From a virus: 64,000 nucleotides of DNA. Both the position numbers and the translations under genes were made by a program. The stretch spans positions 1 to 64,000 of the IMG/VR virus record IMGVR_UViG_3300027733_000050. One strand, 5' to 3'. The notes under the pieces were generated by a model. That model saw nothing but the letters and a program-made list of their open reading frames with translations, did no database searches and was not told the DNA's origin. Within the stretch, counting starts at the first letter, position 1. Each line of letters opens with the position of its first letter. Below are positions 7,228 to 16,960 of the stretch, one piece after another.

Positions 7228-9597
7228 ATGGCAAAAAAGGCAATAACAATAGATTTGGGCGATGCGATATTTCGCAATGGTAGTAACCGCCCTCAAAGAC
7301 AGGATATTCCTGAAGTTGATAAAACTCCACAGTGGTATTTTAGAAATGCGGCTTATTACTTAACCTTTTATAATCAACCAATAGGATCACTACGATTCGA
7401 TGCCTCGCCTACAGACAGAAACATAACATCTATTCCTGAGCATGAAAGGAACTTCCCAGTTCAGCACATGTTACGAATGATGATGTATTATCTAGGTAAG
7501 CAACCTAACCTTGATTTTGCATATTTGACACAGAATGTCAAGGATATTAACATGCAGGCTCAGTGGCACAAGGGACAAGATATTGCAGAGTTCGTAAACT
7601 ATTTTAGAGGATTAATGTTGCAGCGATTAAGCAGGGCTAACTGGACTGCTAAGTCTGTATCTAGAGAGACTCAGAATAAGTATGCAGATATGTACCTTAA
7701 ATTGGAGACAATGTTATTGCTTGCTCCATATTTAAAACAGATAGAAGAGCAGGATGGATTAGCGTTTAGACCTATGCAGGGTGCAGAGAAGTTAGAGGTT
7801 CCAGAGGATATCGAAAGATTGATGGAAACTAATTTCTATGATCAGGGAGCGTTAACAGCTACTGACTTAGCTAACGGTTTTTGGTATACAAACAACTGGG
7901 CACAGAAGGCAGTAAAGAGTTTTATGCATACCGTTATTGCTGGAACAACAGCGTGGTGGCACAGGGTAGAGAACGGTAGATTGATTGAGGATATTATTCA
8001 GCCATATCAATTAATATGGGATAACCGTTTTGATGATGACTTTGGTGCAATGGATGAATTTAGAGGAGTAGTAGAGCCATTAAATGCATATGAGGCTACA
8101 CAAAGAAGGTTTGAAGGAAAACTTAGTCAGCAACAGATTGATGAGATTTATACGATCGCTGGTGATGACGAACAAATGAAATTATATAATACCGCTAGAA
8201 ATATCAACTGGTGGACACATTCTGGAAACAATGTTAGTAACACTATTACTGCTGTCACTGTTTATTGGAGAACTAGACGAGAGGTGTCTAAAGTTAAGGC
8301 CAAGAATCGTTTTGGCAATGAGACGATTAGAAAAAAACAAAGTCCTGACGAACCTTCTACTTATTTTGTTAATGATATCGCTTACGCTACTATACTTGGT
8401 AATAAGTACCTAATAGATTGGGGTTATGTTGATAATCTTGTAGAGTCGGTAGAGGATCCTGGAAGACCAGAGTTTCCAATATTTAGATTTAGACCAAATA
8501 CATTCTTAGGCGATAGTATCTCTGAGGTATCAAGAATACACAAGATGCAAGATGAAATGGATATGCTTGACTTCAAGATTCGTGAGATGATTGGTCGTGC
8601 TAAGGGCAAGACTTATATTATTCATGGAGATAAACTTGGTGAAGGTACATCTGTAAAAGAATTATACGATGACTTTTCTGATATGGGTATCCACGTTTCT
8701 ACAGGAACATCTGGCGAGGCTGGTGACGTTACAGATAGAAAGCAGACAGTAGAGGTTGTTGATTTAACGCTTGATCCTAACATTAGCCGCCTTGCAGAAT
8801 TATATCGTGAGAGAAAGGAAAGAATGGGAAGGGTAACCAGCACATCTGTTATCAGTTTAGGTCAGCAGACTAGATACATTGGATACGGCCAACAGCAAAG
8901 TTCAATAGCTCAGAATCAATTAGGAGTATCTTATTTATTAGATGGATTCATGGACTTCTTAGTTATGAACATGAGATACGCTGTAAATAAGGCAAAGTTT
9001 TTATATTCTCAAAAGGAAGATGAAGAGGTTCAATTCTTAATTGGAGAGAAGGGTTTTAGATATTTAAAATTCACCAAAGATATCAGATTTGAAAGATTCA
9101 TGGTAATGTTAAATATTAATGACTCTATTGACGAGGAAGGAAGAAAACGTATTCTATCGTATGCACAGGCATGGTCACAGAATCCTACGTTTGGTGTTAG
9201 TCCATCTTCAATATTAAAGTTAGAGTCTTCTAAGTCTTATACAGAGGCCGTAGATATGTTAGACTTTGAAATGAAGAGAGCTAAGAAAGAACAATCTCAG
9301 CAACAACAAGCAATGCAAGAGGCACAGATGCAGATGAAACAAGCATCAGAGATGTTTACAGCATCGTTGCAGCAATTGAAAGAGGATAATGCAAACTACA
9401 GAGCTGAGTTAGCTGCATGGGTTAAGGGGGCAACACAGCTTCATGACACCACACAAGAGCCAGCAATGAGTCCATTGCAGCCTCAGCTTCAGATGCAGAC
9501 TCAACAAATTCAACAGCAAATGCAGCAACAGCAAATGCAACAGCAGATGATGCAGCAACAGCAACAAGGTGGCGAACAAATGCCTCCACAACAATAA
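7228..9597 (+). CDS. portal protein (assigned by position and size) with poly-Q C-terminal tail
   Basis: 789 aa directly after terL and before the scaffold and major capsid genes; the C-terminal 90 aa are Q/M-rich low complexity (QQQMQQQQMQQQMMQQQQQ). Confidence 0.5.
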   Translation: MAKKAITIDLGDAIFRNGSNRPQRQDIPEVDKTPQWYFRNAAYYLTFYNQPIGSLRFDASPTDRNITSIPEHERNFPVQHMLRMMMYYLGKQPNLDFAYLTQNVKDINMQAQWHKGQDIAEFVNYFRGLMLQRLSRANWTAKSVSRETQNKYADMYLKLETMLLLAPYLKQIEEQDGLAFRPMQGAEKLEVPEDIERLMETNFYDQGALTATDLANGFWYTNNWAQKAVKSFMHTVIAGTTAWWHRVENGRLIEDIIQPYQLIWDNRFDDDFGAMDEFRGVVEPLNAYEATQRRFEGKLSQQQIDEIYTIAGDDEQMKLYNTARNINWWTHSGNNVSNTITAVTVYWRTRREVSKVKAKNRFGNETIRKKQSPDEPSTYFVNDIAYATILGNKYLIDWGYVDNLVESVEDPGRPEFPIFRFRPNTFLGDSISEVSRIHKMQDEMDMLDFKIREMIGRAKGKTYIIHGDKLGEGTSVKELYDDFSDMGIHVSTGTSGEAGDVTDRKQTVEVVDLTLDPNISRLAELYRERKERMGRVTSTSVISLGQQTRYIGYGQQQSSIAQNQLGVSYLLDGFMDFLVMNMRYAVNKAKFLYSQKEDEEVQFLIGEKGFRYLKFTKDIRFERFMVMLNINDSIDEEGRKRILSYAQAWSQNPTFGVSPSSILKLESSKSYTEAVDMLDFEMKRAKKEQSQQQQAMQEAQMQMKQASEMFTASLQQLKEDNANYRAELAAWVKGATQLHDTTQEPAMSPLQPQLQMQTQQIQQQMQQQQMQQQMMQQQQQGGEQMPPQQ

Positions 9598-9632
9598 TTG
9601 TTAATATTTAATTTTTAACTATATTTGCACAT

Positions 9633-10889
9633 ATGAATCAACCATCGAAAGCAGTTTCCAGTTTTGCTGAGGAATTGGCTAAAAAGCTGTCTGACAACGA
9701 ACCAGTTCAGCAGGTTAACGATCAAGCAACCTCCACAGTAAGTGAACCAACATTTGAAAATGCACAACCAGATGTGCAGGATCAGGTTGAAACAGCACAA
9801 CAGGAGGTGCAAACTCAGACTCAAGATGTAAAGAAAGAAAAGACATCTAGAAGTAAAAAGAGTAAACAAGAGCCTGTTCAGGCCGAACAACAAGAGCAAG
9901 CCCCTGTGGAAACAGAGAGAGAAGCTAAGGTTGTAGAGATGAACCAGGATAGAGATGAGAACTCATTAGACGATTACGAGAAAGATTTTATTTCTTTCTT
10001 GAACGATGATGAAACATCTTTTGACGATACAGGATTAAGGGGTGAGGCCCCAGATGAGAGGGAGGATAAAAGAAAGTATCAAGAAATTGAAACTAAACTT
10101 CAAGAGTATGAGAATACTTTAAACGATCCTCTTATCGCAGCTTTTGCAGAGTTTGTTAAGTCTGGTAAAACAGATGTAGCAGAGTTTGCTAAACAAGTTG
10201 GAGATTTAAGTGTTGGGGAAATGGACATAGAGGATATGTACCGAGCAAGAGCTGTAGAGATGGGATTTGAGGGTGATGACTTAGACGATGCTGTTATGGA
10301 ACAGCTTGATAAGTACAACTCAATGACTCGTCTAGAAAGGAAAGATGAAGAAACTAAGTTAAAGTCTATATACAAATCACAATCAGCTGAAAGGCTAAAA
10401 TCCTTCACTGAGAAAATGAGTAACGAAAAGCAAGCGGAGCAACAAAGAATGAACGAAATTGCATCCAAGGCTGACAAAGAACTTGACGAAGTTTTAAATA
10501 AAATGAAGGGGCAGAGATGGAAGAGTTTATTAATTGATGAGAGTATGGCCAACAACATCAAAGAAACTATTCCAGCAATGGCTCCACTGATGGCTCAATT
10601 AGATGACAAGAATCGTCTAACAGGTTTTGATGTGAAAGAAGGTATTGAAATGGCAATCTGGAAGTTGTACGGAAAACAACTCCTGAAGAGTACATTTGAT
10701 ATCGGCAGAACAGCAGGATTTGACGAGGCGATGAAGGATCGAATTAGGCCAACAACAACAACTGGTACATCGGCTTCACCAGCGGTTCCTGGAAATTCTT
10801 TAAAGGAGAATATCGAGGCAGCTAGAAAACAAGCAGCGGAAAGAGTTGCAGGCAGAAGATCGTTAATGGATATGCTTGGCAACAAATAA
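9633..10889 (+). CDS. scaffolding protein (acidic, coiled-coil)
   Basis: 418 aa, highly acidic (E/D/Q-rich), helical heptad-like, located between the portal and major capsid genes. Confidence 0.45.
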   Translation: MNQPSKAVSSFAEELAKKLSDNEPVQQVNDQATSTVSEPTFENAQPDVQDQVETAQQEVQTQTQDVKKEKTSRSKKSKQEPVQAEQQEQAPVETEREAKVVEMNQDRDENSLDDYEKDFISFLNDDETSFDDTGLRGEAPDEREDKRKYQEIETKLQEYENTLNDPLIAAFAEFVKSGKTDVAEFAKQVGDLSVGEMDIEDMYRARAVEMGFEGDDLDDAVMEQLDKYNSMTRLERKDEETKLKSIYKSQSAERLKSFTEKMSNEKQAEQQRMNEIASKADKELDEVLNKMKGQRWKSLLIDESMANNIKETIPAMAPLMAQLDDKNRLTGFDVKEGIEMAIWKLYGKQLLKSTFDIGRTAGFDEAMKDRIRPTTTTGTSASPAVPGNSLKENIEAARKQAAERVAGRRSLMDMLGNK

Positions 10890-10921
10890 CTGTACTAAAA
10901 TTTATCTAAAAAAATTAAAAA

Positions 10922-12301
10922 ATGTCAAAACAAACCTTAAATCAGATTTCAAATCTACCATTTGAGAATAACTTAATTCTTAATGGTTTAGCGAAAGAAG
11001 ACAAGTCTTCTATCGTGTTCGACTTTTCTGGAGGTTATAATGTCCTAGACCTTATCGTTAGTAAGGTTGCTTCTTCACGTAGAATCGTGGGTAAGGATGG
11101 TATCTTCCAAAAGCCGATTATGGGACTTTCAGTTGTTCAAGCTCAGGTAGCTAGTAACGCTGTAAACGGTTCTTTATTGCGTGTTAATTTCGTTGATCCT
11201 ACTTACGACAAGTTTCGTGTAACAGAAATCATCACTGATGGTACTGCTGCTGATAATATGGGACGTGTTGTAAACGCAGGTGCTGGTTTCATCGAAATGG
11301 AAATCGCTCCAAACGGTACATCTGCTACAGCTTGGAATGCATCTACAATGTTCGTTGCTGGAACTTATGCAACAGCTTTATGGAATGCTCAAGTTAATCG
11401 TGGATCAGGAGCAATGGCTAGTTTGTATGAGTATCCTCAGTACGTTACTAACCAAACTGCAATCATGCGTGAAAACGTAGAATTATATCGTAGAGATGCA
11501 TCTCAAACTTGGGTAGAGTTCCAAGGAGATTACTGGTATTCAGCTCAAGATATGATCATGATGCAACGTATCGCTCGTGCTATGGAACACCGTTCTTTAT
11601 TCTCTTACATGGGAACAAGCACAACAGGTGGTACAACTAACCACACAATGGGATTAAAAGCATCTATCAAGGATCCAAATCGTGGTGGTGTTTACAAATC
11701 ATTAGCTAACTTACCAACTCAAGCTGATTTCGAAAACTTCATCAACGAGATCGCAGATCGTCAAAACGCTGCTGATGTTGAAATCAACATGTTAGTAGGT
11801 CGTGGTTTATTAAACCGTATCCAAGGATTTACATCTCAATACATCCAGTATGCTGGTCAAGCTAACACATTCGGTGGTGCTTCAGTAAAAGGATTAGATG
11901 TTCGTCAATATGACATCAATGGTGTTCATGTTAACTTAATCCACGCTCCAATCTTGAACGACCGTTCACGTTTCCCACAAACTTCAAGCATCGCTGGTGC
12001 TGGTAACTTTACTCGTATGCAATATACAGGTATCGTTCTAGATATCAACAGCTATGATGCAGTAGGTGGTGGTTCACTTCCAGCAATGGAGAAAGTTTAC
12101 TTCGGTGACGAGGAAATGGTATATTACTATGTTCCTGGTATCGTAGGTAGCAACCTTCGTGGTGGATCAGGTGAAATGTTACGTAACGGAGACTTCGTTC
12201 TTGCAGTTAATCATAACGATGCTGTAACTACAGGTTTCTACACTGACTGTGCGTATGATTTCATGTCTTATCGTATGGGTTGGATGGAACTTGCTTATTA
12301 A
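10922..12301 (+). CDS. major capsid protein
   Basis: 459 aa immediately after the scaffold gene; strong high-expression codon bias (cgt/ggt/gct/ttc/atc third positions); typical capsid-gene position. Confidence 0.5.
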   Translation: MSKQTLNQISNLPFENNLILNGLAKEDKSSIVFDFSGGYNVLDLIVSKVASSRRIVGKDGIFQKPIMGLSVVQAQVASNAVNGSLLRVNFVDPTYDKFRVTEIITDGTAADNMGRVVNAGAGFIEMEIAPNGTSATAWNASTMFVAGTYATALWNAQVNRGSGAMASLYEYPQYVTNQTAIMRENVELYRRDASQTWVEFQGDYWYSAQDMIMMQRIARAMEHRSLFSYMGTSTTGGTTNHTMGLKASIKDPNRGGVYKSLANLPTQADFENFINEIADRQNAADVEINMLVGRGLLNRIQGFTSQYIQYAGQANTFGGASVKGLDVRQYDINGVHVNLIHAPILNDRSRFPQTSSIAGAGNFTRMQYTGIVLDINSYDAVGGGSLPAMEKVYFGDEEMVYYYVPGIVGSNLRGGSGEMLRNGDFVLAVNHNDAVTTGFYTDCAYDFMSYRMGWMELAY

Positions 12302-12340
12302 TTCTTAATCAAACGTCTAACTTAAAAAACATATAAAAAA

Positions 12341-13429
12341 ATGGCATCAATATCAACATATAACATTATTACCCCAGGAGCCCAAAGTTCAGCTGCTACA
12401 ACAGACATGAACATTGTAAATGGCTTCTTAAGAATGACTGGGGCTCCAAACATTAATTTTAAAAACACAGTATCTGCTGTAATTTTAGATCCTATCAATG
12501 AAGCTCGTGAGGTGATTACATTAACTCCAACAGCAGCTTCTGGGGCACAAACTTATTCAATCCGTATTCAGCAGTTTGTTAAAACTTTAGGTCGCAACGT
12601 ATCTAAAGTATTTAGCTATGCAGCAGCTAGCGGTGATTCAGCTACTACAATTAGTGCAGCATTTATCGCTATGATTAACTTAGAGCGTGAATTAGCTGTA
12701 ACTGCATCTGGAACTTCAACTATTGTTTTAACAGCAACATCAGGATCTTCTGATATGAATGTAATATTAATAAGTTTAGGTTCTGGTTTATCTCAGGCAG
12801 CTACTTATTTAAGTGCAGCTGGTACGGCTTTAACAGTTGCTACTACTTACACAGCAGGTGTTGCTTCTAACTTAACTACATTAACAGGTGCTACTGGAAC
12901 TCAGCCAGTAACTGGTAACGGTTTAGCTAATGGAGTATTACTTCAGATCACATTAAATGCTAGTGAAACAGGAACAATTACAATGCACGATGGTAGTACA
13001 TATGCAGCAGGACAGAGTTTTTTAGTTCGTTGTAATGTATCTAATAATGCTACTGTAACCTCTGCTACTGTAACTTACGGCCCAACAACTGATGCTAACG
13101 TATTAACAAATACTACAGGATCAGCAGCTCCAACTGTTGCAGTTGTTGCTACACCAGGTCGTGGTTTAGGTTCTGAATTAGCATTGCGTGGTATCGTAGG
13201 TGCAACAGCAGCTACTTCTTACACTCAGGTTAAGGTTAACTGGAACGATGTATCTCTTCAAGGTGGAACACCTATTGCGAAGGAGCATAGCGTTTTCGTA
13301 GATGGTACAACTAGTTCAGGTAACTTAACAGCATTTCGTTTTGTTGCAATTAACTTGTTATCTGGTTATACTGGAACAAACAGTGCTATTTCTTCAACTG
13401 TAAATCCAGAAGGATACGCAGCATTCTAA
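12341..13429 (+). CDS. abundant Ser/Thr/Ala-rich virion protein (head decoration or major tail/fibre component)
   Basis: 362 aa; the same high-expression codon bias as the capsid gene; followed by a strong terminator. Confidence 0.45.
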   Translation: MASISTYNIITPGAQSSAATTDMNIVNGFLRMTGAPNINFKNTVSAVILDPINEAREVITLTPTAASGAQTYSIRIQQFVKTLGRNVSKVFSYAAASGDSATTISAAFIAMINLERELAVTASGTSTIVLTATSGSSDMNVILISLGSGLSQAATYLSAAGTALTVATTYTAGVASNLTTLTGATGTQPVTGNGLANGVLLQITLNASETGTITMHDGSTYAAGQSFLVRCNVSNNATVTSATVTYGPTTDANVLTNTTGSAAPTVAVVATPGRGLGSELALRGIVGATAATSYTQVKVNWNDVSLQGGTPIAKEHSVFVDGTTSSGNLTAFRFVAINLLSGYTGTNSAISSTVNPEGYAAF

Positions 13430-13446
13430 TCGATACAATTCGGTTC

Positions 13447-13476
13447 AAAGGGGTGGGAAACTACCCCTTTGTTATA
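13447..13476 (+). terminator. rho-independent terminator (AAAGGGGT-GGGAAACT-ACCCCTTT, then GTT)
   Basis: 8-bp GC-rich stem, 8-nt loop, U-rich 3' side; sits after the highly expressed capsid operon. Confidence 0.6.
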
Positions 13477-13508
13477 AACAATTACAATTTATTTATTAAA
13501 TAAATATT

Positions 13509-14375
13509 ATGGCAAACAAAATCATTATTAAACCAAACACAAGCGAAACACCAAGCGGAATGATCCTAGGTGGTTCTTATCAGTTCGCACCAGGAAAAAT
13601 CAGATTAATGGTATCTGAGGATGCTTACATTGAGGCAGACGAGTCGGACAAAAATTTACCAGCATCTTTGAATATCACATTTAGCCAAAGAATGCCAGAA
13701 TATATTATCAGCTACGATCCAGATTCTAACGATGCTTATGACAAAAGAAGAAAGGATCTAGTAGAGATATTCTTTGCAGAGCATCCTTTGATGACTCGTA
13801 ATGGAAAGCCTACTAAGTTTACAAGATCTGCTATGTACGACATGCACAGCGAGCAGGAGAAGTCTAACGATCAATATGATGCGTGGCTAGAGAGCTTAAA
13901 GGTAATGAACAGACTTAACGAAATGGATGAGTTAGAGTTAAGAAATGCTATGTACTACTACGGTGTAGAGCCAGGAAGAAAGACAAAGAGCGAGCTTGTT
14001 ATTAAGCTGGGAGATATTCCTAATGGATTAGCTATTGTAGATGTTGATTATGCTACAAAAAAGAGTAACTTTATCAGCATGTTCTCTACTGAAAAGGCGG
14101 AGCTAGAAAAACAATACATTGTTAATATGCGTAAGGCATTGATGAATGGTATTGTTAGCGATAAGATGGATGGTAGCAGACATAATTATTATCATGGCAC
14201 AACATTTGTTGGTACATCATTTAATGACCTAATTGCCTATGCAAAGCGTGAGGACAGAATTTACAAGGAGCATATCATGCCTAGACTAGAGGAGATGGAC
14301 TATATGTTTGTAAAAACTGAGAAATCTGACGAGCTTTTAGGAGCATCAGAGGCAAAGGCATCAAAGAAGAAATAG
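13509..14375 (+). CDS. hypothetical virion-module protein (288 aa)
   Basis: ORF track; flanked by terminators on both sides, so a likely monocistronic unit. Confidence 0.5.
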   Translation: MANKIIIKPNTSETPSGMILGGSYQFAPGKIRLMVSEDAYIEADESDKNLPASLNITFSQRMPEYIISYDPDSNDAYDKRRKDLVEIFFAEHPLMTRNGKPTKFTRSAMYDMHSEQEKSNDQYDAWLESLKVMNRLNEMDELELRNAMYYYGVEPGRKTKSELVIKLGDIPNGLAIVDVDYATKKSNFISMFSTEKAELEKQYIVNMRKALMNGIVSDKMDGSRHNYYHGTTFVGTSFNDLIAYAKREDRIYKEHIMPRLEEMDYMFVKTEKSDELLGASEAKASKKK

Positions 14376-14408
14376 TTTCATAGTTTCCTTTTTTAGTTGT
14401 TAGTTTCA

Positions 14409-14433
14409 GGGTAGAGAAATCTACCCTTTTTTA
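14409..14433 (+). terminator. rho-independent terminator (GGGTAGA-GAAA-TCTACCC, then TTTTTT)
   Basis: 7-bp stem, GAAA tetraloop, T6 tract. Confidence 0.65.
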
Positions 14434-14447
14434 TTATCTTTGTAGTT

Positions 14448-15584
14448 ATGGCAACAACAGGTAATGACTTATGGCTATACACTCAATCACTGATTGATAA
14501 AGACTATAGCGACTGGCTAAGTACGGCCAAGGCAAACAGAATATTTAAGACAGCTCTATATAATGTTATCGAACAAAAGTTAGCCGTAATGGATAACCAA
14601 AAGATATATGACGAGCTAAGTTTTCTTATTAAGACGAATGAGTATGTTCAGTGTGGGCCTACATTTAATGCAGTTAATCCAAATACTATTCATAAAGTTC
14701 CTTTTTTAATATCAAGTGCTACATTAGTAGGTACTGTATTAACATTTACATCTCCAATTAAGCATAACTTAAATGCATCAGCTACAATAACATGGAATAA
14801 CTTAGGATTTTTAACTACTAACAACAATGGCACAGGTGGAGTTCAAAGTTTAGTTGATGATTATAGCTTTACTATTAATATAGTAGATACAACAACTGGG
14901 CCTTATCAAGGTGGTGGAAGTTTCACAACTCCGTATCAGGTTGATGACTATATGAGACTGCTTACTATTAAGTCATCGTTTATAGGGCCAAGGGTTGGAA
15001 CAAATAAAGTATTTGGAGCAACTCCATTAACAAATGATTTTTTTACAGTTGTTACGCAGGGAAATCCTACCATTATTGAGTTTAAAACAAAAACAAAGTT
15101 AAGGACTGGAAGTAAAATAAGAATTTTTGGCGAGAGCGAGGATCCATATCAATACTATGTAAATCAAACAGTAACTCAAATATCTGATAAAAGATATTCT
15201 ATTCCTTTTGATTTGATAGATTATTGGGGATCAGATGATTTTTATGCTCACTATATTTATGAGGAATACTGCACACCTTATTTTAGCGATGGTAAGATCA
15301 ACAAGAACAATGTTCCAAAGATATACGAGCCAGCGTTTGAGGATAGAGAGAACTCAATCATGATTTATCCTATCACAGACATATGTACTGGGGTTTATAT
15401 TGATTATGTTCACAAGCCTAACTATTTCGTAGATGTAACAGATGCATACGATGATTTAGAGTTGGTGTACACAAACAAGTTTTTATACTCTGTGGCGAAT
15501 GAGTTTGCTAACATATTCTCAGCGGCTACAAGGGATCCAGAACTATACAGATCAATTGAAAACGAAATAATCCAGAATCCATGA
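14448..15584 (+). CDS. hypothetical structural protein (378 aa)
   Basis: ORF track; co-directional and tightly packed in the morphogenesis block. Confidence 0.5.
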   Translation: MATTGNDLWLYTQSLIDKDYSDWLSTAKANRIFKTALYNVIEQKLAVMDNQKIYDELSFLIKTNEYVQCGPTFNAVNPNTIHKVPFLISSATLVGTVLTFTSPIKHNLNASATITWNNLGFLTTNNNGTGGVQSLVDDYSFTINIVDTTTGPYQGGGSFTTPYQVDDYMRLLTIKSSFIGPRVGTNKVFGATPLTNDFFTVVTQGNPTIIEFKTKTKLRTGSKIRIFGESEDPYQYYVNQTVTQISDKRYSIPFDLIDYWGSDDFYAHYIYEEYCTPYFSDGKINKNNVPKIYEPAFEDRENSIMIYPITDICTGVYIDYVHKPNYFVDVTDAYDDLELVYTNKFLYSVANEFANIFSAATRDPELYRSIENEIIQNP

Positions 15585-16243
15585 CATACAAAGAATTAGT
15601 TGATAGAATAACATCTAATGTTCAGGCTGGCATCAAGACAGATGAAACTAGATTTAGCAGGGACTTCGTTAAGGCCCATTTAAATACTGCTAGGGCTACA
15701 GCTATTCAGCAGAGTTTTGCAAAGTATAGAAAGATAAATCCTATATGGCAGCAAGAATTTGAGCTAGTATACGATGCAGATGTACAGCTTGACGTTAACT
15801 CAACATGCATAACAAGGTATAATGTTCCTACATGGATTGGAATCGATGGAAGAACAGATGGTATGTTGTTTGTTGGTAACAGCACAAACAGAGGATTTAG
15901 AATATTTAATTCACAGTCGGAACTATCATTATATTTAAACTTACCATTACAGGATCCTTACACAGGAAGGTATGTAGGCGTTGTTAGATACGCTGACCAT
16001 ATTGAGTTGCATTTCTCTAACAGAGTAAAGTCTGGAAAGATATTAATGCTATATCAAGATCCTTTGCAGTGTCCTACATTCAACGAAGACTTAGATCAGT
16101 ATCCTGTAACCGAAGAGTTGATAGGAATGATCGAGGATTTAATATTAAGAAAGTTTATGTCTGTTGCACAGCAGCCTATAGACAGGGTGCCAAACAAATC
16201 AGACTCAAAGGTAGCACAGTCAACTCCATATAGACCACAATAA
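15581..16243 (+). CDS. hypothetical structural protein (220 aa)
   Basis: ORF track; 4-nt overlap with the upstream gene (translational coupling). Confidence 0.5.
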   Translation: MTYKELVDRITSNVQAGIKTDETRFSRDFVKAHLNTARATAIQQSFAKYRKINPIWQQEFELVYDADVQLDVNSTCITRYNVPTWIGIDGRTDGMLFVGNSTNRGFRIFNSQSELSLYLNLPLQDPYTGRYVGVVRYADHIELHFSNRVKSGKILMLYQDPLQCPTFNEDLDQYPVTEELIGMIEDLILRKFMSVAQQPIDRVPNKSDSKVAQSTPYRPQ

Positions 16244-16959
16244 TGAACTATACAAACATAGAAGAAATTATAGCCTCTGCTAAGATTAGGTTGAGGCTTA
16301 CAGATACAAACCAGCCAGACATGGCACTGGAACACTATATCCTTCAGGGAGCAAAGAGCATCAACGCACTAGACTCTTACATTCTAAAGCAGAAGAAGCT
16401 AGATATTGTAAACGGCAGTGCTACTCTTCCAGAGGATTATCATGTGTTGATTGCAGCTAGGTTGCTAGGCATTCATGTTGATCAACAGAGCGTGTCGGTA
16501 GGTAATGGGGGGGAGTGTAGAAGAGCGTTGTATGTAAATGCACCTTATCTATACGCTAGTGGCTGTGACTGTGCTGATGACTCTATGGTAAACTTCTCTG
16601 ATACATTTCAGATTGTAGGTAACGAGATTGTGTTTAACTCACAGGCCCCAGCAGATTATATCTTATTAACATACGAGGCTAGGTCAATCGATGCAAACGG
16701 ATTGCCATGCTTCCCAGAAGATCACTCACGAGCTTTGATTGCTTATGCATGCTATCAGTATGCTATGTCTTACAGAGTAACTCAGCTAGATCCTTCTGGA
16801 TACATGCCAGATCAGGTAGAGTCATTCAGACAGGAGTGGGTAGCACAGAAGTCTTGGTGCAGAGGTAACGCTGTCAAGAAGGATGCAAGACACAGAAGAT
16901 CTGAAATCATGGCTACGGTAAATGCTTTAATAACTGGTAAAAATCCATACTTAAAATAA
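16243..16959 (+). CDS. hypothetical structural protein (238 aa)
   Basis: ORF track; start overlaps the upstream stop. Confidence 0.5.
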   Translation: MNYTNIEEIIASAKIRLRLTDTNQPDMALEHYILQGAKSINALDSYILKQKKLDIVNGSATLPEDYHVLIAARLLGIHVDQQSVSVGNGGECRRALYVNAPYLYASGCDCADDSMVNFSDTFQIVGNEIVFNSQAPADYILLTYEARSIDANGLPCFPEDHSRALIAYACYQYAMSYRVTQLDPSGYMPDQVESFRQEWVAQKSWCRGNAVKKDARHRRSEIMATVNALITGKNPYLK

Positions 16960-16960
16960 T

